Positions 38,961 to 50,462 of a stretch of DNA of 64,000 bases are shown piece by piece (position 1 is the stretch's first letter; every line of letters begins with the position of its first letter). The notes below the pieces were generated by a model. That model was given only the letters and a program-made list of their open reading frames with translations. It was not told the DNA's origin and made no database searches. Source of the DNA: Rhodospirillales bacterium (lineage in GTDB: Bacteria > Pseudomonadota > Alphaproteobacteria > Rhodospirillales > Casp-alpha2); contig OZ245847.1 of NCBI GenBank assembly GCA_965228915.1, positions 873,173-937,172 of the forward strand, given 5' to 3'. A program made the translations under genes and the position numbers.

Positions 38961-39887
38961 TCAGCTCACCCTGATCCGGGGGTCGAGGAACGCGTTGAGT
39001 AAGTCGGCCAGGAACGTCAGCACGATATAGAAGCACGACAACACCAGCACGATGGCCTGCATCATCGGCAGGTCCGCGCGCAGGATCGATTCCCACGCCA
39101 GCTGACCCAGGCCGTTGATGGCGAAGATCGTCTCAATGACGATCGAGCCGCCGAGCATGAAGCCGAACTGCACGGCCGCCAGCGACACCACAGGGATGAT
39201 TGCGTTCCTGAGCGCGTGTTTGAACAGAACGACGCCGGGACGCAGCCCCTTGGCGCGCGCGGTCCGGATATAATCGCTCGACAGCACTTCGATCATTCCG
39301 GCGCGGGTCAGGCGCATCACCGCGGGCGTCACGTAATAACCAAGCGCGATCGACGGCATGATGAAATTCATCCACGACGCCGAGCCTGTGATGGGCAGCC
39401 ACCTGAGGCTGACGCCGAACAGGAAGATCATGATCAGCGCGAACCAGAAACTCGGCAGCGCCTGACCGATGACCGCAAGCGTCAGCGCAAACCGGTCGAT
39501 GAGCGTATTGGGCCGCATCGCCGCCAAGACGCCGAGCGGTATCGAAAGACATAGCGCGAAGCCGAGCGCGCACGCACCCAATGTCATGGTCACCGGCAGG
39601 CGGTCGAAGATGACGTTGGACACTTCGGTCTTCAGATAATGAGAATGACCGAGGTTGCCCTGCAGCGCGTTGCCGAGCCAGTTGAAATATTGAACGATGA
39701 TCGGTTGGTCGTAGCCGTAAACCCGGCGGATATTCTCGATATCCTGCTGCGTCGCGCTTTCGCCCGCGAGCGCCATCGCCGGGTCGCCCGACAGATAGAT
39801 CATTGAAAATGTTAAAAGTGAAACGGTTACAGCCACCAGCAACGCGATGCTGAGCCGTTTCAGGGCATAAATAAGCATGCCTGGCAA
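38961..39887 (-). CDS. Dpp/Opp ABC permease (B-type)
   Basis: GDPAMALAG, YFNWL, DYIRTARAKG, KHALRNA and IETIFAINGLG motifs. Confidence 0.92.
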   Translation of the reverse strand: MPGMLIYALKRLSIALLVAVTVSLLTFSMIYLSGDPAMALAGESATQQDIENIRRVYGYDQPIIVQYFNWLGNALQGNLGHSHYLKTEVSNVIFDRLPVTMTLGACALGFALCLSIPLGVLAAMRPNTLIDRFALTLAVIGQALPSFWFALIMIFLFGVSLRWLPITGSASWMNFIMPSIALGYYVTPAVMRLTRAGMIEVLSSDYIRTARAKGLRPGVVLFKHALRNAIIPVVSLAAVQFGFMLGGSIVIETIFAINGLGQLAWESILRADLPMMQAIVLVLSCFYIVLTFLADLLNAFLDPRIRVS

Positions 39888-39905
39888 TCCCGATTACGGA
39901 TGGCA

Positions 39906-39938
39906 CGGCCGGTGCGGGGTCATGCCCGGCACCGGCCG
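39906..39938. other. Intercistronic stem-loop between the binding-protein and permease genes
   Basis: CGGCCGGTGC...GCACCGGCCG 10-bp arms; this position is typical of hairpins that stabilise SBP mRNA. Confidence 0.55.
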
Positions 39939-39953
39939 CGTTACATCAGTGTT

Positions 39954-41492
39954 TTACTTCCACTTCGCCGTATAGAACCGCGGGATCTCATCCGAGGTCG
40001 GCGTGAAGTCGAGGTCTTCGGTGTACGCGTAGTACTTTGCGTACGTGAACATCGGCAGCCAGTAGAGCTCGCTCGAAATCTTCGAGAGAGCTTTCTTGTA
40101 GGCTTCCTTGCGGACCGTCGGATCGGTGGAGGTGTCGCCCTTGTGGAGCGCTTCGACCACTTCCGGATCCTTCGCCGGGTCGTCCTTGCCGCCCGAGAAG
40201 AAGTGACCGGTCGATGCCGACACGTCCGGAACCGAGTTCGAACCCCAGGTCATGTGGTGCAGTGGCGTCGTGCCTTTCCACACCAGATCGCGCAGCGCGC
40301 GATACTGCATGAACTTGAGGTTGGCCTTGATGCCGACGTTCGCCAGGTCGCCGATGACGGCTTCCGTGAACTCACGCTGACGATAGGCGTAGATGTCGGT
40401 TTCGAACCCGTCGCCATAGCCGGCTTCCTTCAGAAGCGCTTTGGCTTTCGCGGGGTCGTAGTCCCACTTCTTGACATCCTGCGTGCAACCGAACTGATCC
40501 GGGTGACACGCGGAATCGATCACCACGGAGGCCGGACCGACGAGGTTTTCGACGATCGACTTCCGGTTGATCGCATGCGCGACGGCTTCGCGGACCTTCT
40601 TGTCCATGAAGTGCTTGTCGCCGCTGTCGCCGTCGACGTCGAAGGCGATGTAGCTGATGCGCATGGTCTTGGCGTTGGTCACCGTGGTGCCGCCGCGCTC
40701 ACCCAGCTTTTCGGCCTGATCCTTCGGCACGTCCCAGATCCAGTCCACGCCGCCGGTCAGAAGCTCGGCGATCTGCGTGTTCATTTCCTTGATGGTGCGG
40801 AACGTCAGTTTGCCGATGGCCGGCTGGCCCTTCGGACCGTTCTTGAAGTAGTTCTCGTTGCGGACCATTTCGATGCGGTCACCCGCGACGACGTTGACCA
40901 TCTTGTACGGGCCGGTGCCGTTGGCCGGAACCGTACCGTAATCCTTCTTGCCGTCGGCGCCGTCCTTGGCGCTGTCATAGTGGCCTTCGGGCATCATGAA
41001 GACAGTCTGCGCGAAGTAGGCCAGTGCCGCCGGGAACGGTTCCTTGAGATAGATCCGGACGCTGTTCGGACCGGTCTTCTCGGCCGACTTCAGGAACTTC
41101 ACGTTGGCCTGGGTCAGCACGCCGTTGTCGGCGTTGGAAACGAAGTTGACGGTGTAGACCACGTCTTCCGGACCGAACTTGGAGCCGTCATGGAAGACGA
41201 CGTCGTCGCGCAGTTCGAAATCGATGGTGGTGGCGTCGACCCATTTGTACGAGGTCGCCAGCAGCGGCTCGTATTCACCGGTCTTGAGATTGCGGAACAG
41301 CAGACCGTCCCACACGGTGTTCCCCATGATGACGAGTTCACGGGTGTTGTTGAAGTAAGGATCGGCGACCGCCACTTCACGGGTCGTCGACCAGACCAAC
41401 TCGTCGTTGGCCTTGCCTGCGTGGGCCGCAGGTGCGACAGCCAGCGTTGCCGCTGCTGCCAGAGCTGAGCTCAATAGTACTTTGCGAAACAT
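39954..41492 (-). CDS. ABC substrate-binding protein, family 5 (peptide/opine/nickel)
   Basis: Sec signal, LRDDVVFHDG, TGPYK, VREAVAHAINR and YDPAKAKALLKEAG motifs. Confidence 0.92.
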   Translation of the reverse strand: MFRKVLLSSALAAAATLAVAPAAHAGKANDELVWSTTREVAVADPYFNNTRELVIMGNTVWDGLLFRNLKTGEYEPLLATSYKWVDATTIDFELRDDVVFHDGSKFGPEDVVYTVNFVSNADNGVLTQANVKFLKSAEKTGPNSVRIYLKEPFPAALAYFAQTVFMMPEGHYDSAKDGADGKKDYGTVPANGTGPYKMVNVVAGDRIEMVRNENYFKNGPKGQPAIGKLTFRTIKEMNTQIAELLTGGVDWIWDVPKDQAEKLGERGGTTVTNAKTMRISYIAFDVDGDSGDKHFMDKKVREAVAHAINRKSIVENLVGPASVVIDSACHPDQFGCTQDVKKWDYDPAKAKALLKEAGYGDGFETDIYAYRQREFTEAVIGDLANVGIKANLKFMQYRALRDLVWKGTTPLHHMTWGSNSVPDVSASTGHFFSGGKDDPAKDPEVVEALHKGDTSTDPTVRKEAYKKALSKISSELYWLPMFTYAKYYAYTEDLDFTPTSDEIPRFYTAKWK

Positions 41493-41672
41493 TATGCTCG
41501 CGCCTCCCTGACTAAACTGGCATTGCGCATGCCATCAGCGGGGGCGCTCTCGACGCGCCCCGATTGATTCAATTGTTCGATGAATCGGCCGCCGAGTCCA
41601 TGGCGAACCTCGATCCATCGCGGAATTTTTTAGAAACCCCCTTCCCGTCGGGTTCTTCAACCTCTTCCGGGT

Positions 41673-41704
41673 TGTATTACTATTTAATACACCGTAGTAT
41701 ATAC
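41673..41704. promoter_or_regulatory. AT-rich palindromes, candidate IclR operator in the divergent SBP/iclR region
   Basis: TGTATTA-CTATT-TAATACA (41673-41691) and GTATATAC (41697-41704), 35-65 bp upstream of iclR. Confidence 0.45.
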
Positions 41705-41739
41705 CGATATGCTATGAATAACACTGCAAGGCGTCAAGC

Positions 41740-42567
41740 ATGACGATTGAAAAAGCCAAACAGGTTCAAGCCCCCCCGGACGCCCCCCCCGCCGGCGCGT
41801 TATACGTGGGCTCGCTGGAAAAGGGCTTCCGCGTGCTCGCCGCGTTCACCGAAGACTTCCCCGCACTCGGCGTGACCGAGATCGCGCTCCGCACCGGATT
41901 GGACAAGAGCGCGGCGCAACGATTCTCCAACACGCTTCACCAGCTCGGTTTCCTTGAGAAGGATACGGCGACCCGGCGTTACCGGCCGGCCCGCAAGTTG
42001 ATGGAAATGGCGTACACATACCTGCGCCACAGCGCACTGGGCGCCGCTGCCATGCCGCGGCTCATCGAGGCGGGCGCGGTCTACAAGACCACCGTCAACC
42101 TGGCCGAACGCGACGACACCGACATGATCTACACCATCCGCATTCCGCACGTGAAGGCGGCCTACGCGGCAACGGTGGTGGGCCGTCGCATTCCGGTGTT
42201 CTGTTCGGCGGCGGGGATCGCGGTGCTGTCCAGGATGAGCGACGACGAAGCCCTGGAGATCATCGAAAGGTCGGAACTGACGAAGCGTATTCCGTCCACG
42301 ATCGTCGATCCCGACCGTATCATGAAAATGGTGCAGCAGGCGCGCCGCCGCGGTTTTGCCGCGACCTATGCGCAGCAGTTGCCGCGCGAAATCTCGATCG
42401 CGGCACCTATCACGGGATTTCGCGGCCGACCCGTCGGCGCGGTGCAGATCCCGGTCTACTACCCGACGTGGAAGCAGTCCGAAGCTGCCGCCAAGCTGGG
42501 CCCCCTCGCCGTCGAGACCGCTGATGCGATCTCGGGTGCACTCATCGCTTCCGAACAGGATTACTGA
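41740..42567 (+). CDS. IclR family transcriptional regulator
   Basis: SLEKGFRVL, HTH LGVTEIALRTGLDKSAAQR and C-terminal effector domain (SAAGIAVL, SIAAPI). Confidence 0.92.
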   Translation: MTIEKAKQVQAPPDAPPAGALYVGSLEKGFRVLAAFTEDFPALGVTEIALRTGLDKSAAQRFSNTLHQLGFLEKDTATRRYRPARKLMEMAYTYLRHSALGAAAMPRLIEAGAVYKTTVNLAERDDTDMIYTIRIPHVKAAYAATVVGRRIPVFCSAAGIAVLSRMSDDEALEIIERSELTKRIPSTIVDPDRIMKMVQQARRRGFAATYAQQLPREISIAAPITGFRGRPVGAVQIPVYYPTWKQSEAAAKLGPLAVETADAISGALIASEQDY

Positions 42568-42568
42568 C

Positions 42569-44062
42569 ATGACGTTTCGCGTACTCACCGGATTATTCGG
42601 CCACGAAAGCAATGCGTTCTCGAAGCTGCCGACGGCGCTCGTCAATTTCGAGAATTATCTGCTGGCTTACGGCGACGACGTGCCCGCCAAGATCGCCGGC
42701 GCCAAGATCGAACCCACGGGCGTCGAAGAAGCCGCCGCCGAATACGGCTGGGACCTTGTCCGCACCGTCGTCGCCTGGGCAACGCCGTCGGGCCCGGTCG
42801 CGCGCGATGCATGGGACGCGTGCGTCGGTGCGATCCTCGACGCCGCGAAATCGAAAGGGCCGTTCGACGGCGTGCTGCTCAACATGCACGGCGCCATGGC
42901 GACGGTCGACTACGACGACGCCGAGGGCCAGTTGTTGAAGGAACTGCGCGCCATTATCGGCCCCGACGTACCGGTCGCCATCACGCTCGACCTGCACGCC
43001 AACGTCACCGATCTGATGACCGAGCATGCCGACATCATCTGCGCGTATCGGACCTATCCGCACATCGATCAGATCGAAACCTCGAAACGCGCTGCGGCGG
43101 TGCTCGAACGCACGATGAAGGGCGAGGTCAAACCGGTGGCGGTCACGGTGCGACGCGACACCATCGAGGGACTGGACGACGGCCGCACCACCACCGACAA
43201 CCCGATGACGACGCTGCTGGCGCGCGCCGCCGATCTGGAACTTGCGGATCCGGGCGTGCTGCTGGTGTCGATACAGGCCGGCTTCACGCCTGCCAACCTC
43301 TACGAAGCCGGGCCGACGGTCTCCGTCACCGGCGACGGCGACGACGCGCGGTTCAGGGCCATCGCCGACGAGTACATGGATTACGCCTGGGAAACGCGGC
43401 ACTTCGATTCCAACACTTATCTTTCCGTCGACGAAACCGTCGATGAAATCGCCCGCCTGCTCGACGGAGGCGCCGGCAAGGGGCCGATCGTCGTCGCCGA
43501 TTTTTCCGACAATCCCGGATCCGGCGCTTACGGCGATTCGACGCTGATGCTGGCGGGCCTGCTCAAGGCCGATCTGCAGAACGCGTGCTTCGGCACCATC
43601 TGCGACGCTGAGTCAGCGGCCAAGCTGGTGTCGGCGGGCGAAGGCGCGACGGTCACCGTCAATCTGGGCGGCAAGACCGACCCCGCGTTCGGCGCGCCCC
43701 TCGAGCTCACCGGCACGGTCACGAAAGTCACCGACGGCACCTACGTCGCGCAGGGCCCCCGCTGGAAAGGCGTCACCCATCACCTGGGTCCGACCGCGGT
43801 GTTCAAGGTCGGGGGGATGGAAATCGTGGTCGCTTCGAACCGTCTGCAGCTGACCGAGGTCGAAGCCTTCACCCACGCCGGCATCGACCCCCGCGAACGC
43901 GACGTCGTCGCCGTCAAGTCGATGCAGCACTTCCGCGCCGCCTTCGCGCCGCTCGCGCGCGAGATTCTGATCTGCGACGCCGGTGCGCTCTCCACCAAGG
44001 ACATCTCGAAATTGCCGTTCACCCGGCTGCGCCGGCCGATCTTTCCGCTGGACCTCGATTAA
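42569..44062 (+). CDS. M81 family (MlrC-like) metallopeptidase, copy 2
   Basis: GHESNAF, MHGAM, DLHAN, YPHID, ADFSDNPGSG and AVKSMQHF motifs; starts 1 bp after the iclR stop. Confidence 0.88.
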   Translation: MTFRVLTGLFGHESNAFSKLPTALVNFENYLLAYGDDVPAKIAGAKIEPTGVEEAAAEYGWDLVRTVVAWATPSGPVARDAWDACVGAILDAAKSKGPFDGVLLNMHGAMATVDYDDAEGQLLKELRAIIGPDVPVAITLDLHANVTDLMTEHADIICAYRTYPHIDQIETSKRAAAVLERTMKGEVKPVAVTVRRDTIEGLDDGRTTTDNPMTTLLARAADLELADPGVLLVSIQAGFTPANLYEAGPTVSVTGDGDDARFRAIADEYMDYAWETRHFDSNTYLSVDETVDEIARLLDGGAGKGPIVVADFSDNPGSGAYGDSTLMLAGLLKADLQNACFGTICDAESAAKLVSAGEGATVTVNLGGKTDPAFGAPLELTGTVTKVTDGTYVAQGPRWKGVTHHLGPTAVFKVGGMEIVVASNRLQLTEVEAFTHAGIDPRERDVVAVKSMQHFRAAFAPLAREILICDAGALSTKDISKLPFTRLRRPIFPLDLD

Positions 44063-44064
44063 AC

Positions 44065-45003
44065 GTGGCCGAAACGCTGCCCGAAGCGAAGGCGGCCCGA
44101 ACCCGGCCCGAAGCCGTCAACCGGCCGCTCGAAGGCGCGCTCTGGATGATCGCGTCCTGCGCGTTCCTGGCCGGGCTTTCGGCGCTCGGACGGCATCTCT
44201 CGCAACTCGGCGTCGATCCGCTGCAGATCGTTTTCTGCCGGCTCGTGTTCGCATGGATGTGCATGCTGCCGTGGCTGCTGCACCGGGGCGTCGGCTCGCT
44301 CGGCACGTCGCAGTTCAAGCTCTATCTGGTGCGCGCGTGCTGCTCGATGTGCGCCATGTCGACATGGTTCTACGCGCTGGCGCTGATCCCCATCGGCGAG
44401 GTGACCGCCTTGAGCTTCGCGGCGCCGCTGTTCACCACCATCGGCGCGGCGCTGGTGCTGGGCGAGGTCGTCAGGCTCAGGCGCTGGACGGCGACCCTGA
44501 TCGGTTTCGCCGGCGCGCTGATCATCATCCGGCCGGGCTTCGTCGAGATGAGCGCCGGAAGCTGGTTCGCCGTCGCTTCCGCCGTCTTCATGGGCACGTC
44601 GGCCTTGATCGTCAAAACCCTCACCCGCGGCGACGACCCGTGGACGGTCGTCTTTTTTTCCCACCTGATCATGATTCCCATCGCCCTGGTGCCTGCGATT
44701 TACGTCTGGTCCTGGCCGACCCAGGAAGCATGGATGTACCTGTTCGCCACCGGGCCGATCGCCGTGCTCGGCCATCTGTTCCTGACCAAGGCGTTTTCGG
44801 TGACCGACGTTTCCATCGTCGCCGCTGTGGATTTCTCGCGCCTGCCGTTCGCCGTGCTGATCGGCTGGCTGGCGTTCGGCGAGCTGACCGATCTGTGGAC
44901 GTGGGTTGGCGCGCTGGTGATCTTCGCGTCGTCGCTTTACATCGTGCGCCGCGAACAGGCCGTCCACGCCAAACCAAGCGTGCAGGACAAGACCGCGCCC
45001 TGA
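44065..45003 (+). CDS. DMT/EamA family transporter
   Basis: About 10 TM; FAAPLFTT and GEVVRLRRW..IIRPG motifs; GTG start 2 bp after M81 copy 2. Confidence 0.88.
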   Translation: MAETLPEAKAARTRPEAVNRPLEGALWMIASCAFLAGLSALGRHLSQLGVDPLQIVFCRLVFAWMCMLPWLLHRGVGSLGTSQFKLYLVRACCSMCAMSTWFYALALIPIGEVTALSFAAPLFTTIGAALVLGEVVRLRRWTATLIGFAGALIIIRPGFVEMSAGSWFAVASAVFMGTSALIVKTLTRGDDPWTVVFFSHLIMIPIALVPAIYVWSWPTQEAWMYLFATGPIAVLGHLFLTKAFSVTDVSIVAAVDFSRLPFAVLIGWLAFGELTDLWTWVGALVIFASSLYIVRREQAVHAKPSVQDKTAP

Positions 45004-45013
45004 ATGTTGTGCG

Positions 45014-45961
45014 TCAGCCGGTGGCCTGCGTCGTCGGCGTCGGGGGCGGTGGCGGGGTTGATTTCGGGCGGCGTGATTCCCGATACGTGATATAGACGGT
45101 CGAGAGAAAGATGACGGTTCCGCCGATCCAGGTCCAGACGTCCGGGAACTCGCCGAACATCAGGTAGCCGACCCCCGCCGCCCACAGCAGCCGCGTATAG
45201 TCGACCGGCGCGACGACCGTCGCGTCCGCCAATCTGAGAGACGTCGCCAGGGCGAGATGGCCGAGCGCCGCCAGAACGCCGATCGCCACCATCACGCCGA
45301 ACTGCTCCCATGTCGGCCAGCTCCAGAAAATGATCGCCGGAATTAACGAGAACGCGGTGAAATAGACGTTGGCGTAGAACACCATGGTGACGCTGCTGTC
45401 GGTGCGCGACAGCACCTTCACGCACAACATCGAGCCCGCCCAGAACACCGTGGACGCCAGCACGATGAACGCGCCCGGCCCGAAAATCCCGGATCCCGGA
45501 CGGACGATGATCAGCGTGCCCACGAACCCGACGGCGATCGCCGTCCAGCGCCGGATCCCGACTTTCTCACGAAGCAGGATTGATGCGCCGATGGTGATGA
45601 ACAGCACCGTCACGAAACCGATGGCCGTCACGTCCGCGACCGGCACCATGCTGAGGCCGATGAAAAAGCTGCTCAGCGCACAGACGCCGAAGATCGAGCG
45701 GATCAGCTGCAGCTTCGGCTGCTTGCTTTTCCAGTGCGTGCGGTCCTGGCGCAGCAGGAAAGGGATCAGGATGATGAACCCGACGACGTTGCGGAAGAAC
45801 ACGACCACGATCGGGTGCACCTCCTGCGTCACGTCGCGCACCAGAACGTGCATCAGCGAGATCAGGAGGCTGGAAAGCGCCGCCCAGGCGATACCCTTGA
45901 GCACCGATTTGCGCGCATCCGCTTTGCCCGGACCGTGAGGTATGGCGGTTTCTTCACCCAT
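45014..45961 (-). CDS. DMT/EamA family transporter (convergent paralog)
   Basis: About 10 TM; REKVGIRRW..IVRPG and APVDYTRL motifs. Confidence 0.88.
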   Translation of the reverse strand: MGEETAIPHGPGKADARKSVLKGIAWAALSSLLISLMHVLVRDVTQEVHPIVVVFFRNVVGFIILIPFLLRQDRTHWKSKQPKLQLIRSIFGVCALSSFFIGLSMVPVADVTAIGFVTVLFITIGASILLREKVGIRRWTAIAVGFVGTLIIVRPGSGIFGPGAFIVLASTVFWAGSMLCVKVLSRTDSSVTMVFYANVYFTAFSLIPAIIFWSWPTWEQFGVMVAIGVLAALGHLALATSLRLADATVVAPVDYTRLLWAAGVGYLMFGEFPDVWTWIGGTVIFLSTVYITYRESRRPKSTPPPPPTPTTQATG

Positions 45962-46093
45962 TTAATCGATCCACGGCGTTGCCGTCCCCGGAAAAGCTGC
46001 TACCGTCACGCCGGAATGGCGTGCCGAACGAAGTCTTCTTTTTGAGTTGGGATCGGCGCCGCGTCAAACAAGACTCTTAGGGAGAATGACAAA

Positions 46094-47068
46094 ATGATTC
46101 GTTGTGGTGTGGCCGGTCTCGGCCGTTGGGGCCGGGTGCTCGTCGATTCGGTGCAGGGCAAATCGGACAAAGTCACCTTTACCGCCGGCGTCACCGGCCG
46201 CAAGGAACGCGCCGTCGATTACTGCGCCGAGAAGAAGATCGACCTGCTCGACGACTTTTCCGAACTGCTGACTCACGCCGATGTCGACGCCGTCGTGCTG
46301 GCGACGCCGCACACCCAGCACGTCGATCAGATCGTTGCCGCCGCCGAAGCCGGCAAACCGGTGTTCTGCGACAAGCCTTTAACGCTAAACGAAGCCGACG
46401 CCCGTCGCGCCGCCGACGCCTGCAAGGCCGCAGGCCTGCCGCTGTGCGTCGGGTTCAACCGTCGCTTTCTCCCCGCCATGATCAAGCTGCAGGAACTGGC
46501 GACATCGGGCGCGCTCGGCACGCTTCTGCACATCGAGGGTAACATTTCCGGCAACGGCGGCTTGCGCTACGGCCCCGAGCACTGGCGCGCGTCCGAAACC
46601 GAAAGCCCGGCCGGCGGCATGACCGCTATGGGCGTGCACATGATGGATGCGATGATGTCGATCGGCGGCCATGTCGATCACCTGCGCGCCGTCAGCGAAC
46701 GCCGTGCGACGCCGGTCCCGGTCGACGACACCACGTTCGCGACGCTCAAGTTCGAAAACGGCATCACCGGCGTGCTGACAACCCTGTTCGCGACCCATGC
46801 GCTTTGGCGCATCCAGGTGTTCGGCTCCAAGGGCTGGGCCGAGGTCCGCGATCAGGAGCGGCTCGAAGTCCGTCTGATCGAGGGCGAGAACACCGTCGAG
46901 GAGTTCCCCGGCTTCGACATGGAGCGCGCCGAACTGGAAGCCTTCGCCGACACGGTCGCGTCGGGCGCGGAATTTCCGGTGCCGCTGGAGGACGCGATCC
47001 ACGGCATCGCCATCCTCGAAGCCATCGTCAAGGCGTCGAAGACGGGCAGCGAGGTCAGCCCCGGCTGA
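46094..47068 (+). CDS. Gfo/Idh/MocA family oxidoreductase
   Basis: GVAGLGRWG Rossmann motif, ATPHTQH, CDKP, GFNRRF and GVHMMD motifs. Confidence 0.9.
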   Translation: MIRCGVAGLGRWGRVLVDSVQGKSDKVTFTAGVTGRKERAVDYCAEKKIDLLDDFSELLTHADVDAVVLATPHTQHVDQIVAAAEAGKPVFCDKPLTLNEADARRAADACKAAGLPLCVGFNRRFLPAMIKLQELATSGALGTLLHIEGNISGNGGLRYGPEHWRASETESPAGGMTAMGVHMMDAMMSIGGHVDHLRAVSERRATPVPVDDTTFATLKFENGITGVLTTLFATHALWRIQVFGSKGWAEVRDQERLEVRLIEGENTVEEFPGFDMERAELEAFADTVASGAEFPVPLEDAIHGIAILEAIVKASKTGSEVSPG

Positions 47069-47260
47069 TCACTGGCGGGTGGCGGCGTCGATCTTCTTGT
47101 CGGTGTTGTACTGGCTGAGCGCGTACACCGACCAGATCGCGGCTGGAATCCACCCGATCAGGGTCAGTTGCAGGATCAGGCAGATCACGCCCTGGATCGG
47201 CTTGCCGATGGTGAAGAAATTGAGCCACGGAATCAGAATGGCGAGAATGAGACGTAACAT
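47069..47260 (-). CDS. YqaE/Pmp3 family small membrane protein
   Basis: 63 aa with two hydrophobic segments: LILAILIPW...LIGWIPAAIWSVY. Confidence 0.8.
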   Translation of the reverse strand: MLRLILAILIPWLNFFTIGKPIQGVICLILQLTLIGWIPAAIWSVYALSQYNTDKKIDAATRQ

Positions 47261-47371
47261 CGCGGTCCTCGTCTATTGTTGGGCGCCGCCGAACTCCGGC
47301 GGCGTTCACTCTTTATAGCATTTACGTTCCACGATTGTCCCGGCCGCCGCAAGGCTATAAAACCCCCGCTC

Positions 47372-49566
<2,195 letters not shown>

Positions 49567-49573
49567 AAAAGTG

Positions 49574-49738
49574 CGTCATCCCGGACGCTAGCCGAGCCCG
49601 GAACCGAATGGATTCGGACGCGAGGATGGCGATCCGGGACCCGTAGATCGGCTTGGCCATTGTTGTCCCATGGGTCCCGGGTCACCGAAGCCCCTGACCA
49701 AATCAGGGATTTGGAGGGCATTCGCGCCAGGGATGACC
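49574..49738. repeat. CGTC-type REPIN-like element, copy A
   Basis: CGTCATCCCGGAC...GATCCGGGACCC...TGGGTCCCGGGTCAC...CCAAATC-AGG-GATTTGG...CCAGGGATGAC; homologous to 50940-51105. Confidence 0.8.
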
Positions 49739-49854
49739 AAGGACCGGGCGCCGCAATTGTCATAAATCTCGGTTAGGGCGTCGGCGTCTTCTGTGCTAAA
49801 ATCCGCACAAATTGCGACTCTTGAATCAATACGAACGAAAACGAGGAGGCGCCG

Positions 49855-50412
49855 ATGTTACGCATGCTGATCATGACCTGCATCCTTTTCAGCGCCGGGC
49901 AGGCCCAGGCGCAGGAAAAGGACGTGCTGCGCCGGTTGATGAACGAACCGGTGACGCTGTTCGACTGGGGCATTGCCCAGCTGGATCAGGACATCAAACT
50001 CGCCGCCCGGCGCACGATCCCGAAATTCGTGGGCGATCCGGTCACGGGCTCGTTCTACGACTGGCGCACCAATCGGGTGACGCTCTTCGTCTCGGTCCCG
50101 GTGCCAAAGGAAAGCCGCACCCCCGCCGCCTGCGCGATGACGTTCCAGGACATCGTCGGCGATCTGACGCGGAACACCCCCAAGGGGCCGAGCGCGGCGG
50201 GCTGGTATCTGCTGAACGCGTTCAAGCCGAAGGCGCATTTCTGGGCCGACCGTTTCGAGGACGTAGGCGCCAAGCTCCTGGACGTGGTGACGCTCGAGAT
50301 CACCTTCATCCCGGCGACGTTCGAGGCGTTCGAGGGCAAGCAACAGCGGGTCCGCTGCATGGGGCGGCTCGATGCGTCTTATGAAGAGCTGACGGTCGAG
50401 GTGACGTCCTGA
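49855..50412 (+). CDS. Hypothetical exported protein
   Basis: 185 aa; GAGGAGG RBS; signal peptide ending AQA; no family recognised. Confidence 0.7.
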   Translation: MLRMLIMTCILFSAGQAQAQEKDVLRRLMNEPVTLFDWGIAQLDQDIKLAARRTIPKFVGDPVTGSFYDWRTNRVTLFVSVPVPKESRTPAACAMTFQDIVGDLTRNTPKGPSAAGWYLLNAFKPKAHFWADRFEDVGAKLLDVVTLEITFIPATFEAFEGKQQRVRCMGRLDASYEELTVEVTS

Positions 50413-50462
50413 CGATCCATTCCGGCTTTGCCGGGCCCGGCTCGCTCTAATAAGATAACCGT

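Noticed and set aside
39901-39915. Sigma-54-like TGGCAC-N7-GC
   Set aside because: It is part of the intercistronic hairpin, points antisense into the SBP gene and lacks the TTGC -12 element.
39900-41468. 522-aa antisense ORF over the SBP gene (likewise 3973-5517 over ahcY)
   Set aside because: Same shadow-ORF effect in highly biased genes; the translation is V/R/D-rich with no recognisable domain.
29207-44062. Calling the island a microcystin-degradation (mlr) cluster
   Set aside because: Only MlrC-family homology is visible. There is no MlrA (CAAX-like protease), MlrB (serine beta-lactamase-like) or MlrD (PTR2) gene.
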